From Candidatus Levyibacteriota bacterium (GTDB lineage: Bacteria > Patescibacteriota > Microgenomatia > Levybacterales > UBA12049), in the NCBI GenBank assembly GCA_027459725.1, contig DAIDHK010000003.1, forward strand, positions 931-64,930: DNA of 64,000 nucleotides. Reading direction: 5' to 3'. This document shows, one piece after another, positions 39,585 to 47,989 of the stretch (the first letter of the stretch is position 1; each line of letters opens with the position of its first letter). A model generated the notes under the pieces. That model had not been told where the DNA came from and did no database searches. It was given only the letters and a program-made list of their open reading frames with translations. A program made the translations under genes and the position numbers.

Positions 39585-39601
39585 CTTGACCGCGACTAAT
39601 A
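39585..39601. repeat. 17-bp direct repeat CTTGACCGCGACTAATA flanking the IS (right copy)
   Basis: Identical to 38284..38300. Confidence 0.8.
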
Positions 39602-39608
39602 CCATGAA

Positions 39609-39637
39609 TTTACATATTAAGATGCATTTGCTATAAT
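39609..39637 (+). promoter_or_regulatory. sigma70-like promoter for rpmH: TTTACA -17 bp- TATAAT
   Basis: -35 at 39609..39614 and -10 at 39632..39637. The rpmH ATG is 8 bp downstream of the -10. Confidence 0.45.
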
Positions 39638-39644
39638 TAAGCTT

Positions 39645-39779
39645 ATGGAAAAGCTAATTAAACTTAAAAAAATCAAAAGAAAGAGAAAACATGGTTTCCT
39701 TGCTCGTTCGAAAAGCCATAATGGACGTAAAGTCTTAAAGCGTCGTCGTGCTAAAAAGAGATCTACTTTATCTCTTTAA
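39645..39779 (+). CDS. rpmH: 50S ribosomal protein L34
   Basis: 44 aa 'MEKLIKLKKIKRKRKHGFLARSKSHNGRKVLKRRRAKKRSTLSL'. It is below the ORF-track length cutoff and was found by hand. Confidence 0.85.
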   Translation: MEKLIKLKKIKRKRKHGFLARSKSHNGRKVLKRRRAKKRSTLSL

Positions 39780-39784
39780 TCTTC

Positions 39785-40105
39785 ATGTTAAAACGTAAAT
39801 TTCGTTTGCCAGCTAGACAAAAACTGCAAAGACCCCAAACTCGAGCAACACCTTATTTTATTTGCAGGTACGCACCAAACGGTCTTTTATATTCGCGTTT
39901 TGGTTTTGTGGTGAGTAAAGCAATAGACAAGCATGCTGTCGTACGCAATCGAACAAGACGTGTGCTGCGTTCTTTTATTGAAGAGAAATTAAATACAATC
40001 ACTCCGGGCTATGATTTCCTATTTATTCTCCGACGAACAATTGCAGAAAAAACTCCAGAATTGGAGAAACTTGTTAGCTCTACTCTTGGTGGGCTAACGC
40101 ATTAA
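39785..40105 (+). CDS. rnpA: ribonuclease P protein component
   Basis: 106 aa, basic, 'FRLPARQKL...RFGFVVSKAIDKHAVVRNRTRRVLR'. The rpmH-rnpA-yidD-yidC synteny is conserved. Confidence 0.8.
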   Translation: MLKRKFRLPARQKLQRPQTRATPYFICRYAPNGLLYSRFGFVVSKAIDKHAVVRNRTRRVLRSFIEEKLNTITPGYDFLFILRRTIAEKTPELEKLVSSTLGGLTH

Positions 40106-40139
40106 ATTAAGGATATATTGTATATAGAATATTAGTCTT

Positions 40140-40343
40140 ATGAGGAGAATTGCAATTTGGATTATCATTTTTTATCAGTCGGTAATTGCCTCAATTCTGC
40201 AGGCTTTAGGTTTAAAAACAGAATGCAGATACGAGCAGACTTGCTCTGAATACACTAAACATGCTATTCTTAAACACGGCGTTTTAAAGGGTTCACTGCT
40301 TGGTATTAAAAGAATTCTTTCTTGCCAGCCGTATTATAAATAA
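40140..40343 (+). CDS. yidD: membrane protein insertion efficiency factor YidD
   Basis: '[36 protein letters not shown]' haemolytic-domain signature. Confidence 0.8.
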   Translation: MRRIAIWIIIFYQSVIASILQALGLKTECRYEQTCSEYTKHAILKHGVLKGSLLGIKRILSCQPYYK

Positions 40344-41188
40344 TGGGTAATCTATTTCAAGTATTATTAGTCCAGCCAATTTTAAACATCCTAGTTGCTG
40401 TTTATGATTTGCTTTCCTTTTTTCATATTTCCTATGCTCTTGGGTTTTCAATTATCGCATTGACCATTATCATTCGTTTGATTTTATATCCCCTGACAAC
40501 CTCACAGCTTAAAACTTCAAAAAAGATGCAAGAGTTGACCCCACATCTGAATCGTTTGAAAGAACAGCATAAAAATGACGCAAAGCGTTTGCAGGCAGAG
40601 ACAATGGCCTTGTACAAGGAACATGGTGTAAATCCGGCAGCCGGTTGTTTACCTGTCTTAATTCAATTACCCGTCATCTGGGGACTATATTATGTTTTAC
40701 AGCATGCCATTATATTTAAATTAGCTGACGTTAATAAATTAGTATATCTTCCTTCTTTACGTTTGCATCAGATGTGGAATACAGATTTCTTTGGTTTGTC
40801 TTTGGCACAAAGCCCTTCTCACATTATTGCTCACACGGGTTATTTAATTCTATTAATTCCTGTTTTAACTGGTGTTTTTCAGTTCATTCAGTCTAAAATG
40901 ATTATGCCCACTCGTCAACCCTCAACTGGTCAGAAAAGCAGTCAAGACGATTTTACTGCCGCCTTCCAGTCTCAAACTACTTTCCTGGTGCCTCTAATGA
41001 TTGGCTACTTTTCTTTCTCTTTTCCCATAGGTTTGTCTTTGTACTGGAATACCTTGACGATTTTTGGTATCATACAGCAGTACCAAATACATGGACTAGG
41101 CGGTTTGAAGGATTTTATACCCAATCAGGCGATTGAGCAAAATATTCTTCCTTCCCAAACTCCATCTAAAAAGAAGAAGAAAAAATAA
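40343..41188 (+). CDS. yidC: membrane protein insertase YidC/Oxa1 (short 281-aa form, as in monoderms)
   Basis: 5 TM helices, conserved 'LYPL...Q...S..KMQ.L.P....LKE' and 'NPAAGCLP'. Lys-rich C-terminus. Confidence 0.8.
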   Translation: MGNLFQVLLVQPILNILVAVYDLLSFFHISYALGFSIIALTIIIRLILYPLTTSQLKTSKKMQELTPHLNRLKEQHKNDAKRLQAETMALYKEHGVNPAAGCLPVLIQLPVIWGLYYVLQHAIIFKLADVNKLVYLPSLRLHQMWNTDFFGLSLAQSPSHIIAHTGYLILLIPVLTGVFQFIQSKMIMPTRQPSTGQKSSQDDFTAAFQSQTTFLVPLMIGYFSFSFPIGLSLYWNTLTIFGIIQQYQIHGLGGLKDFIPNQAIEQNILPSQTPSKKKKKK

Positions 41189-41189
41189 T

Positions 41190-41669
41190 ATGGAAGACAA
41201 ACAGATTTTAAATTTAACAGCTGACCAGGAACAGATAATTAATGATTTAATCACTGATTTCTTTCAGCACCTGGATATTAATGGTGAATTTGATTTAATG
41301 ATTAACGAAAGTAGCGTTGATGTCGTCTTAGACACACCAGACACTGGTATAGTAATCGGTTATCATGGTGAAATATTAGATAGCTTACAATTGTTACTCT
41401 CCATGATTGTATCCAAAAAACTTGGCCAATTTGTTCGTCTATCATTAGAAGTGGGAGATTACAAAAAAAACCGCGCAGTTTATCTGGAAAACTTAGCAGA
41501 ACAAATTAAATCAAAGGTGGTAAACGAAAATCGGGAATATACTCTTCCCTCTTTAAAACCATGGGAAAGAAGAATTGTTCACTTACATTTACAAAATGAT
41601 AATAGTGTAAGTACTGAATCTATTGGCGATGGAAAAGAACGCACTTTGGTTATTCGTCCGAAGGCTTAA
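41190..41669 (+). CDS. khpB: Jag/KhpB RNA-binding protein (KH and R3H domains). The ATG at 41190 is preferred over the 41133 ORF start.
   Basis: C-terminal R3H motif 'PSLKPWERRIVHLHLQNDNSVSTESIGDGKERTLVIRPK'. Position after yidC. Confidence 0.7.
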   Translation: MEDKQILNLTADQEQIINDLITDFFQHLDINGEFDLMINESSVDVVLDTPDTGIVIGYHGEILDSLQLLLSMIVSKKLGQFVRLSLEVGDYKKNRAVYLENLAEQIKSKVVNENREYTLPSLKPWERRIVHLHLQNDNSVSTESIGDGKERTLVIRPKA

Positions 41670-42960
41670 TCCGGAATCTGCATTATTCTATCTCTTACTG
41701 CTGTTTCTTCCGACACAACTGGGTAAACATTTTTGGCCAAATTTCAGTTATATCTTAGGTATTCGTTCTGACTACCTCTCTCCTACGTTGTATTTTACAG
41801 ATGTTTTAGAAATCTTACTGTTCGTTTTTTTGTCTATTAAAAAATTTTCCTCAGATCAAAACATTAATTTTATAAAAGATAAAATTGATAAAAATAAGTA
41901 TAAGTATTCTATTGTGGTTTTGTCCTTTATTATTGCTATTATAATTTGGCCGGGGAATAAGTTACTGGAATTATATGGACTTGCAAAACTTACGGAAATT
42001 GTTTGGTGGGGATGGTACGTTAGTAAAAATTTGGGTCAAAAATATAATTTTATTACTGTAACTTTTGTTTTTTCTCTGGCAACAATAATTGAAGGTATAT
42101 TGGCAATTTTGCAATTTATTTATCAACACTCCATGGACGGATGGTGGTATTGGTTGGGCGAAAGACATTTTACACAACAAACAATTGACATCGCCAATAT
42201 GTCTTTAAAAGGCATGTTGGTTCTACGACCTTATGGTACATTCTCTCATCCCAATGTTCTTGCTGGATATCTGTTAATTGTTTCTACATTATTCTTGTTT
42301 TTATTCTTTCAGTTGAAAAAACGTCTGAAGTTTTACTTTTTAATAATTTACCTTTTATCTTCTCTGGTTTTATTCTTGTCATATGGAAGAGCTGCAATAA
42401 TTGGATGGATAGTAGTACTTGTGTTTTTTGTGTATCAGAATTTAAAAAATAATAAAATAATATTTGGACTATTTTTGTTTGCTGTGGTTTTTTTAATTTC
42501 TATAGCGTTTTTATTTACTGGAGAAACTTGGAGATTTATAACTTTGACTTGGACTAGTCAAACGGTAAGTGATAGGATTAGTCTTTTATCGGCGAGTTTC
42601 TACTTATTTAGCAAATATCCCCTCTTTGGTGTTGGCTGGTACAACTTTTTACCCAGTTTGGCAACGTTGAGTAATTATCAAATTAATTTTTTTTCTTTAC
42701 AGCCTGTACATAATATCTTTGTTTTAGTCTTGGTAGAAACAGGAATGTTCGGATTTATATGGTTTGCTTTTTTTGTCTATAAAACAATCAGAAAAGTATC
42801 AAGAAGTTTGAAGAAGAATAAATACTCTGTACTATCACTAGTTATTATTATTGAAGTTTTTTGGACGGGAAGCATTGATCATTACTGGTTAACGCTGCAG
42901 CAAGGACAATTATTAGCCGCATTTATATTTGGTTTAATTTGGTCAAAATACACCAGATAA
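41623..42960 (+). CDS. polytopic membrane protein, O-antigen ligase/Wzy-like polymerase family (putative). True start uncertain because it overlaps jag.
   Basis: About 10-12 TM helices with a large loop between late TMs. 'YGRAAIIGWIVVL' type motif. Product assignment is low-confidence. Confidence 0.4.
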   Translation: MAMEKNALWLFVRRLNPESALFYLLLLFLPTQLGKHFWPNFSYILGIRSDYLSPTLYFTDVLEILLFVFLSIKKFSSDQNINFIKDKIDKNKYKYSIVVLSFIIAIIIWPGNKLLELYGLAKLTEIVWWGWYVSKNLGQKYNFITVTFVFSLATIIEGILAILQFIYQHSMDGWWYWLGERHFTQQTIDIANMSLKGMLVLRPYGTFSHPNVLAGYLLIVSTLFLFLFFQLKKRLKFYFLIIYLLSSLVLFLSYGRAAIIGWIVVLVFFVYQNLKNNKIIFGLFLFAVVFLISIAFLFTGETWRFITLTWTSQTVSDRISLLSASFYLFSKYPLFGVGWYNFLPSLATLSNYQINFFSLQPVHNIFVLVLVETGMFGFIWFAFFVYKTIRKVSRSLKKNKYSVLSLVIIIEVFWTGSIDHYWLTLQQGQLLAAFIFGLIWSKYTR

Positions 42961-43100
42961 GTTAGCTGGATCTGTCAATCTTTCCAAGACCAATCGGATA
43001 AAAAAATACGTAAACTTAAAAGAAGTGAAAAATCGTTATGAAAATTCTGCGAACAGGAGTTGAAATGCTGTCAAGGCTGGGCTATGATTGAGAGAGTAGT

Positions 43101-45737
43101 ATGGCCCAACCTGCTTTTAGTTATCATCGTCCCCTCTTAATAATTGATAAAAAAGGAACTCTTGGTTCTTTAATTATTAATGATTTACCTAAAAAACAGG
43201 TAGTTGTTTTTGTTACAAGTAAAAAATATTCCCCTGAAAAAAATGTTGTTATTTTGCCATATGGACCTGGTGTTCCGCGAATACCCGATAATACCTTTTC
43301 AACGATTATTGCCGCTGACCTTAGTGTAAATGAGATTAAAGATTACTCGCCTTCACTATTAGAAAAGGCAAAGAAAGATAATAGCAAACTTTATTTTATT
43401 AATAACGTCTATAGTCTAACTATGAACTTTTTACAAATTTATAAAAAATGTATGGCACATGCGTCACTAATACTCTATGCCGACATAATCTCAGAAAAAA
43501 TACCTTTTGCTAACCGTGCTGAATTGTTAATTTCTTCAGCGGTAAAAAATAATAAATTAGTATTGCAAAATAGTGGTCTTGATATTATTTATCCTGTTCT
43601 GGAAAAAGATTTTATTACTTGGATAATAAATGTTTTATTGGAAGACAAACCTCCTAGAGTGCTTTGTCTATTTACTTCATTGGGAGTAACGGAGTTAAGC
43701 TTTGCACGCTATTTAACTGAAAAACTGGATGATTTAGTGGTAATTCTTAAAGACAACAATGCGGAAAGCGAACCATTACTTTTGCCAAAAAATAGTATAT
43801 TTATTCCTCCTGCAGATTATTCTGTGCAGCAGGAATTAAGAAAAGTTAATTTTAAAAATTTTGCACAAATAAATAACGTAAAAGTAAAGATGACCAAAAT
43901 AAAAGACAAAAATGAAAATACAACTTTATTAGTCATAGCAGCGGTGTTATTGGTTATATTTTTATTAATTTCAACACCTTTGTTCTTTTTATTTTTGGGT
44001 AAACTAGCCCTGCAAGGTAGTATAAGTCAACTGGGTTCTGTAAAGCTTTCATCCTCCGCTGCCCTTGCGCAAGCTGCAGTAGACAATTTTTCTTTAGCGA
44101 AAAGTACAGATATGCCTCTCAAATTTGTATGTTCTATAGTGGGGATTAATCAGTCTTGTAGTCAGTTATCTGATGATATGGATGCCGGTGAAGGTCTTGG
44201 GCAAGCAATGATATACGTTTCAAATGCTGCTGAAGACTTTCGTACCGCAAACAGCAATAGTAGTAAGGTTAATGACGGTTTAGCTAACATTAGGTATGCA
44301 TTAACTATTGTAAATCAGTTAGAAGCTGAGAAAAAATTCTCCGGTTTACCTGTCTACTATCAGCAGGAGATTGATTTTTCTTCTAATCTCGCATCACAGG
44401 TCCTAACAGTTTTACCTGATTTATTTGGTTATTCCGGTTCAAGACAATATTTAATATTGTTCTTAAACAATAATGAACTGCGACCTGGTGGTGGGTTTAT
44501 TGGGTCATATGCACAACTAACAGTAAAAAATGGTGTAATTGGAAAGCCTGTTGTGCATGATGTTTATGAAGCAGATGGTCAACTACAAGGACATGTTAAT
44601 CCACCGGATCCATTGCAAAAATACATGGGTTTAACCAATTGGTTTTTAAGGGATAGCAACTTCTCTGTAGATCAATATCAAAATGCTAAAACTGAAAGTT
44701 ATTTTTATAAACTCGAAACCAATAATAACGCTGATGGTGTGATTACTATTGATTCCAGTCTGATACAAGATTTACTTAGTTTGACTGGTCCGATAATGGT
44801 TACCGATTATAATCAAACTGTTACCGCTGATAATTTTTTTCAGTTAACTGAGGATCATGCCGAACAAAAGTTTTTCCCGGGGTCACAAGCAAAAAAAGAT
44901 TTTCTGTCGTCTTTTAGTACAGCTTTAAGGCAAAAGTTAATGACGCATCCTTTGTCAATTAGACAAATAATAGATTTTACCCTTAATGAATTGCAACAAA
45001 AACACCTTTCATTCTATGTTAACAATAATATTGTGCAACAAGCACTTTCACAAACAGTTTTCGGACAAGATGAAACAGATTTGCAAATCCTAAATAATGG
45101 CTCCGGAGTTTTTGATTTTTTTGCCGATAATGAAGCGAATGTGGGTGGGAATAAAGACAATCATTATATAAAACGCTCATTTAGTCACGAAATACAAGTG
45201 GGAGCTGATGGCAGCATAACCCACACGGTTAACATTACACTCTCTAATCCTAGTCAAACTGGAAACCCTTACAGTGGAGATTATAAGGTATTTATGCGTT
45301 TAATCATTCCCAAATCTGCAGCTATAAATCAGTTATCAATTAACAAGCAAATTCAAAATATTGTCTCCCCGAATCAATCGACAAATCCTATATATAAAGG
45401 ACATGAAATTCTATCGCGAACTGGCTTAACTGTTTATCAGGAGAATGTTTACGGGAAGACCTCATATGGATTTTATTTAGATGTTAAATCTGGTACAACT
45501 ACCACAGTTTCACTCACTTATTTACTAGGACAGAAACTGAGTGGAACACAGAACTACTCTTTAATGTTATATAAGCAACCAGGCACAAATGCAGATACAA
45601 CCCAGTTCAGTTTACAAACGTACCCTTCTTGGAAGATAGATTCTACAGACAATCAGGCAATTGTTACCAACAATTCATTAACCGAGCAACTGCCTCTTTT
45701 AAATGATAAAATAATCCACGTTAGCCTGAGTAAGTAA
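43101..45737 (+). CDS. hypothetical membrane-anchored protein, 878 aa. About 270-aa cytoplasmic N-domain, one TM, about 580-aa extracytoplasmic domain.
   Basis: TM 'TTLLVIAAVLLVIFLLISTPLFFLFLG'. No catalytic motif recognised. Confidence 0.55.
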   Translation: MAQPAFSYHRPLLIIDKKGTLGSLIINDLPKKQVVVFVTSKKYSPEKNVVILPYGPGVPRIPDNTFSTIIAADLSVNEIKDYSPSLLEKAKKDNSKLYFINNVYSLTMNFLQIYKKCMAHASLILYADIISEKIPFANRAELLISSAVKNNKLVLQNSGLDIIYPVLEKDFITWIINVLLEDKPPRVLCLFTSLGVTELSFARYLTEKLDDLVVILKDNNAESEPLLLPKNSIFIPPADYSVQQELRKVNFKNFAQINNVKVKMTKIKDKNENTTLLVIAAVLLVIFLLISTPLFFLFLGKLALQGSISQLGSVKLSSSAALAQAAVDNFSLAKSTDMPLKFVCSIVGINQSCSQLSDDMDAGEGLGQAMIYVSNAAEDFRTANSNSSKVNDGLANIRYALTIVNQLEAEKKFSGLPVYYQQEIDFSSNLASQVLTVLPDLFGYSGSRQYLILFLNNNELRPGGGFIGSYAQLTVKNGVIGKPVVHDVYEADGQLQGHVNPPDPLQKYMGLTNWFLRDSNFSVDQYQNAKTESYFYKLETNNNADGVITIDSSLIQDLLSLTGPIMVTDYNQTVTADNFFQLTEDHAEQKFFPGSQAKKDFLSSFSTALRQKLMTHPLSIRQIIDFTLNELQQKHLSFYVNNNIVQQALSQTVFGQDETDLQILNNGSGVFDFFADNEANVGGNKDNHYIKRSFSHEIQVGADGSITHTVNITLSNPSQTGNPYSGDYKVFMRLIIPKSAAINQLSINKQIQNIVSPNQSTNPIYKGHEILSRTGLTVYQENVYGKTSYGFYLDVKSGTTTTVSLTYLLGQKLSGTQNYSLMLYKQPGTNADTTQFSLQTYPSWKIDSTDNQAIVTNNSLTEQLPLLNDKIIHVSLSK

Positions 45738-45749
45738 AACAGGATTCAT

Positions 45750-46673
45750 GTGATAAACATATTGGTCATCATTTTGGGTTTGTGTGTGTTTGAAATTATT
45801 AGCAGTATAGATAACGCTATCTTCAACGCTAGTGTTCTTGTTAGAATGAGCATAAAAGCTCGTAAGTGGTTTTTAGTGTGGGGTGTATTAGTAGCCGTAT
45901 TTGTGGTTAGAGGATTATTACCCTGGGTTATATTGTATATGGTTTACCCTCAAGCTGGCTTGATGGGGTCTTTTTTAGCTGCTTTTAACGGAGATACTCG
46001 TTTAGAGCATACTATCACTTTAGCCTCTCCCAGGTTATACCTAGCAGGTGGAGTATTTCTGCTATTTCTTTTCCTGCATTGGATATTTCTTGAAGAAACA
46101 AATAATGTATTTAATGTTGAGAGATACGTGCACAGACACGGAGTGTGGTTTTTTGCGGTGGCGTCACTTACTTTGAGTTTAATGGTTTGGTATGCATTGC
46201 AATCTGACCAATATCTTGCCTTCGCGGCTGTAGTAGGAGCAAGTGCTTATTTTATTGTGCATGGCTTTCGTGAACAGTCTGAAAAAAGTGAAACATCAAT
46301 TTCGCAAAAAAATAAAAGCGGAGAAATAAGTAAATTACTATATTTAATAATCATCGATGCTATTTTCTCGTTGGATGGGGTTTTGGGCGCATTTGCATTT
46401 ACACTCTCAGTTCCCTTGATTCTGATAGGTAATGGTGTGGGTGCCTTTGTCGTTGCCTGGTTGACTGTCAATAAGGCGGAGCAGTTAAAAAAATATTACT
46501 ATTTGAAAGATGGAGCAATGTATTCGATAGGTATATTAGGCATTGTGATGAGTCTGAGGGGTTATGGTTATAGTTATCCTGACTGGCTCTCCCCTGTTTT
46601 AATCATAAGTATTATTATATATTTTTTTTGGAGATCAATTAAGAATAATAGGTTAGACAATAAAAAGATTTAG
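45750..46673 (+). CDS. TerC/DUF475-family integral membrane protein, 307 aa
   Basis: Two internal repeats carrying 'ISSIDNAIFNASVL' and 'IIDAIFSLDGVLGAFAF', which are TerC-type S/DxDN/SxD motifs. Confidence 0.45.
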   Translation: MINILVIILGLCVFEIISSIDNAIFNASVLVRMSIKARKWFLVWGVLVAVFVVRGLLPWVILYMVYPQAGLMGSFLAAFNGDTRLEHTITLASPRLYLAGGVFLLFLFLHWIFLEETNNVFNVERYVHRHGVWFFAVASLTLSLMVWYALQSDQYLAFAAVVGASAYFIVHGFREQSEKSETSISQKNKSGEISKLLYLIIIDAIFSLDGVLGAFAFTLSVPLILIGNGVGAFVVAWLTVNKAEQLKKYYYLKDGAMYSIGILGIVMSLRGYGYSYPDWLSPVLIISIIIYFFWRSIKNNRLDNKKI

Positions 46674-46679
46674 AGAATG

Positions 46680-47843
46680 TTAATGTTTTAATGCCTCAAT
46701 ACCCGGCAAAGTTCCTTTCTCAATATATTCCAGCATTGCCCCCCCACCGGTGGAAATATGAGTTATTCTATCAAGATATTCTTTATGGTTAATAGCGGCT
46801 AAGGTATCTCCTCCTCCTACGATGGAAATTGCATCTTGATTTTGGGTAATGGCGTAATAAATATATTCAGTTCCCCTACTAAACCTATTGTCTTCAAACA
46901 TTCCAACTGGACCGTTCCAGACAATCGTTCTAGCAAGGCTAATTTGGCGACCAAAAATCGCCTGTGTTTCTGACCCAATGTCTCGGATTGAATCATGTTT
47001 TTTAACATTTCTTACTGAAGTTTCATGATCAGGATGATCCTCAACTATGGCGTCCAACGGTAATAGCAACTTTTTATGAGCTCTTCTGGCATCGCTCATA
47101 AGCTGAAAAGCATATTTCACCTCATCTTTTTCTACCAGACTTTCCCCTACCATAAAATTCTCTGCGAGTAAAAAAGTATTTGCCATGCCTCCCCCGATAA
47201 GCACTGTATCAGCTAAATCAATTAACTTTTTTATCAATTTGATTTTAGTAGAAATTTTACTACCTCCTATAATTGCCACTAACGGCCTTTTTGGTAGATG
47301 AATAACTTTATCCAGCATGTTAATCTCCTTCTCCATTAAGAGTCCGCCGTACGCCGGTAATAACTTGGGCAACTGCGTTACAGAGGCATTGTTACGATGA
47401 CTTACACCAAAGGCATCATTGACATAGATCTCCCCTAGTAAGGATAATTCTCTGGCAAATTCTTCATCATTGGCCTGTTCGCCGGGATAAAAGCGAATAT
47501 TTTCCAGCATTAATATTTCTTGAGTTTGTTGTTTGATAAATATTTCTCTGTCTTTTTGAAAATCGTCAACGAGCCGTATGTGATATGAAGGCAAATATTT
47601 GGAGAGATCTTTAACTACACTTTGTAATGAAAATTGTTTATCTCTCTGTTTTGGCTCACCTAAATGCGAGATTAAAATCAATTTATTCTGTTGTTTGAGT
47701 AGCTTTCTAATTGTGGGTAAAGCCTGTTGGATACGAGTATCATCAGAGATTTTGTGCCGTTTATTAAAAGATACATTGAAATCAACTCTGAGCAATACTT
47801 TTTTATGACTTACTTCATGTTGCGAAAGAAAATTAATGTTCAT
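46680..47843 (-). CDS. pgk: phosphoglycerate kinase
   Basis: 387 aa. N-terminal 'KKVLLRVDFNV', hinge, and C-terminal 'IVGGGDTLAAI'. Confidence 0.85.
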   Translation of the reverse strand: MNINFLSQHEVSHKKVLLRVDFNVSFNKRHKISDDTRIQQALPTIRKLLKQQNKLILISHLGEPKQRDKQFSLQSVVKDLSKYLPSYHIRLVDDFQKDREIFIKQQTQEILMLENIRFYPGEQANDEEFARELSLLGEIYVNDAFGVSHRNNASVTQLPKLLPAYGGLLMEKEINMLDKVIHLPKRPLVAIIGGSKISTKIKLIKKLIDLADTVLIGGGMANTFLLAENFMVGESLVEKDEVKYAFQLMSDARRAHKKLLLPLDAIVEDHPDHETSVRNVKKHDSIRDIGSETQAIFGRQISLARTIVWNGPVGMFEDNRFSRGTEYIYYAITQNQDAISIVGGGDTLAAINHKEYLDRITHISTGGGAMLEYIEKGTLPGIEALKH

Positions 47844-47870
47844 TTTATTTATAGTAGCACAAATGGTTCA

Positions 47871-47904
47871 TTCGGGAATCAGTCGGAAAATACTCGGGAA
47901 TTAA
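47871..47904. promoter_or_regulatory. 34-bp triple direct-repeat motif TTCGGGAATCAGTCGGAAAATACTCGGGAATTAA (three TCGG(G)AA(A)AT units at 11-bp phasing), copy 1, upstream of valS
   Basis: 31 of 34 identical to 50256..50289, which lies upstream of def. Confidence 0.4.
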
Positions 47905-47989
47905 AAATGTAGAAAGCAGGATGAAATTGTTAATCTGGTTTATTCAGGATCTAGAAAAGTAAAAGAAACTGGCTTCATTGCGAGCGTAA

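Noticed and set aside
47844-47989. T-box riboswitch leader upstream of valS
   Set aside because: The leader is only about 145 bp. It lacks the T-box consensus (AATTAGGGTGGTACCGCG) and specifier-loop architecture. The conserved element present is a triple direct repeat shared with def.
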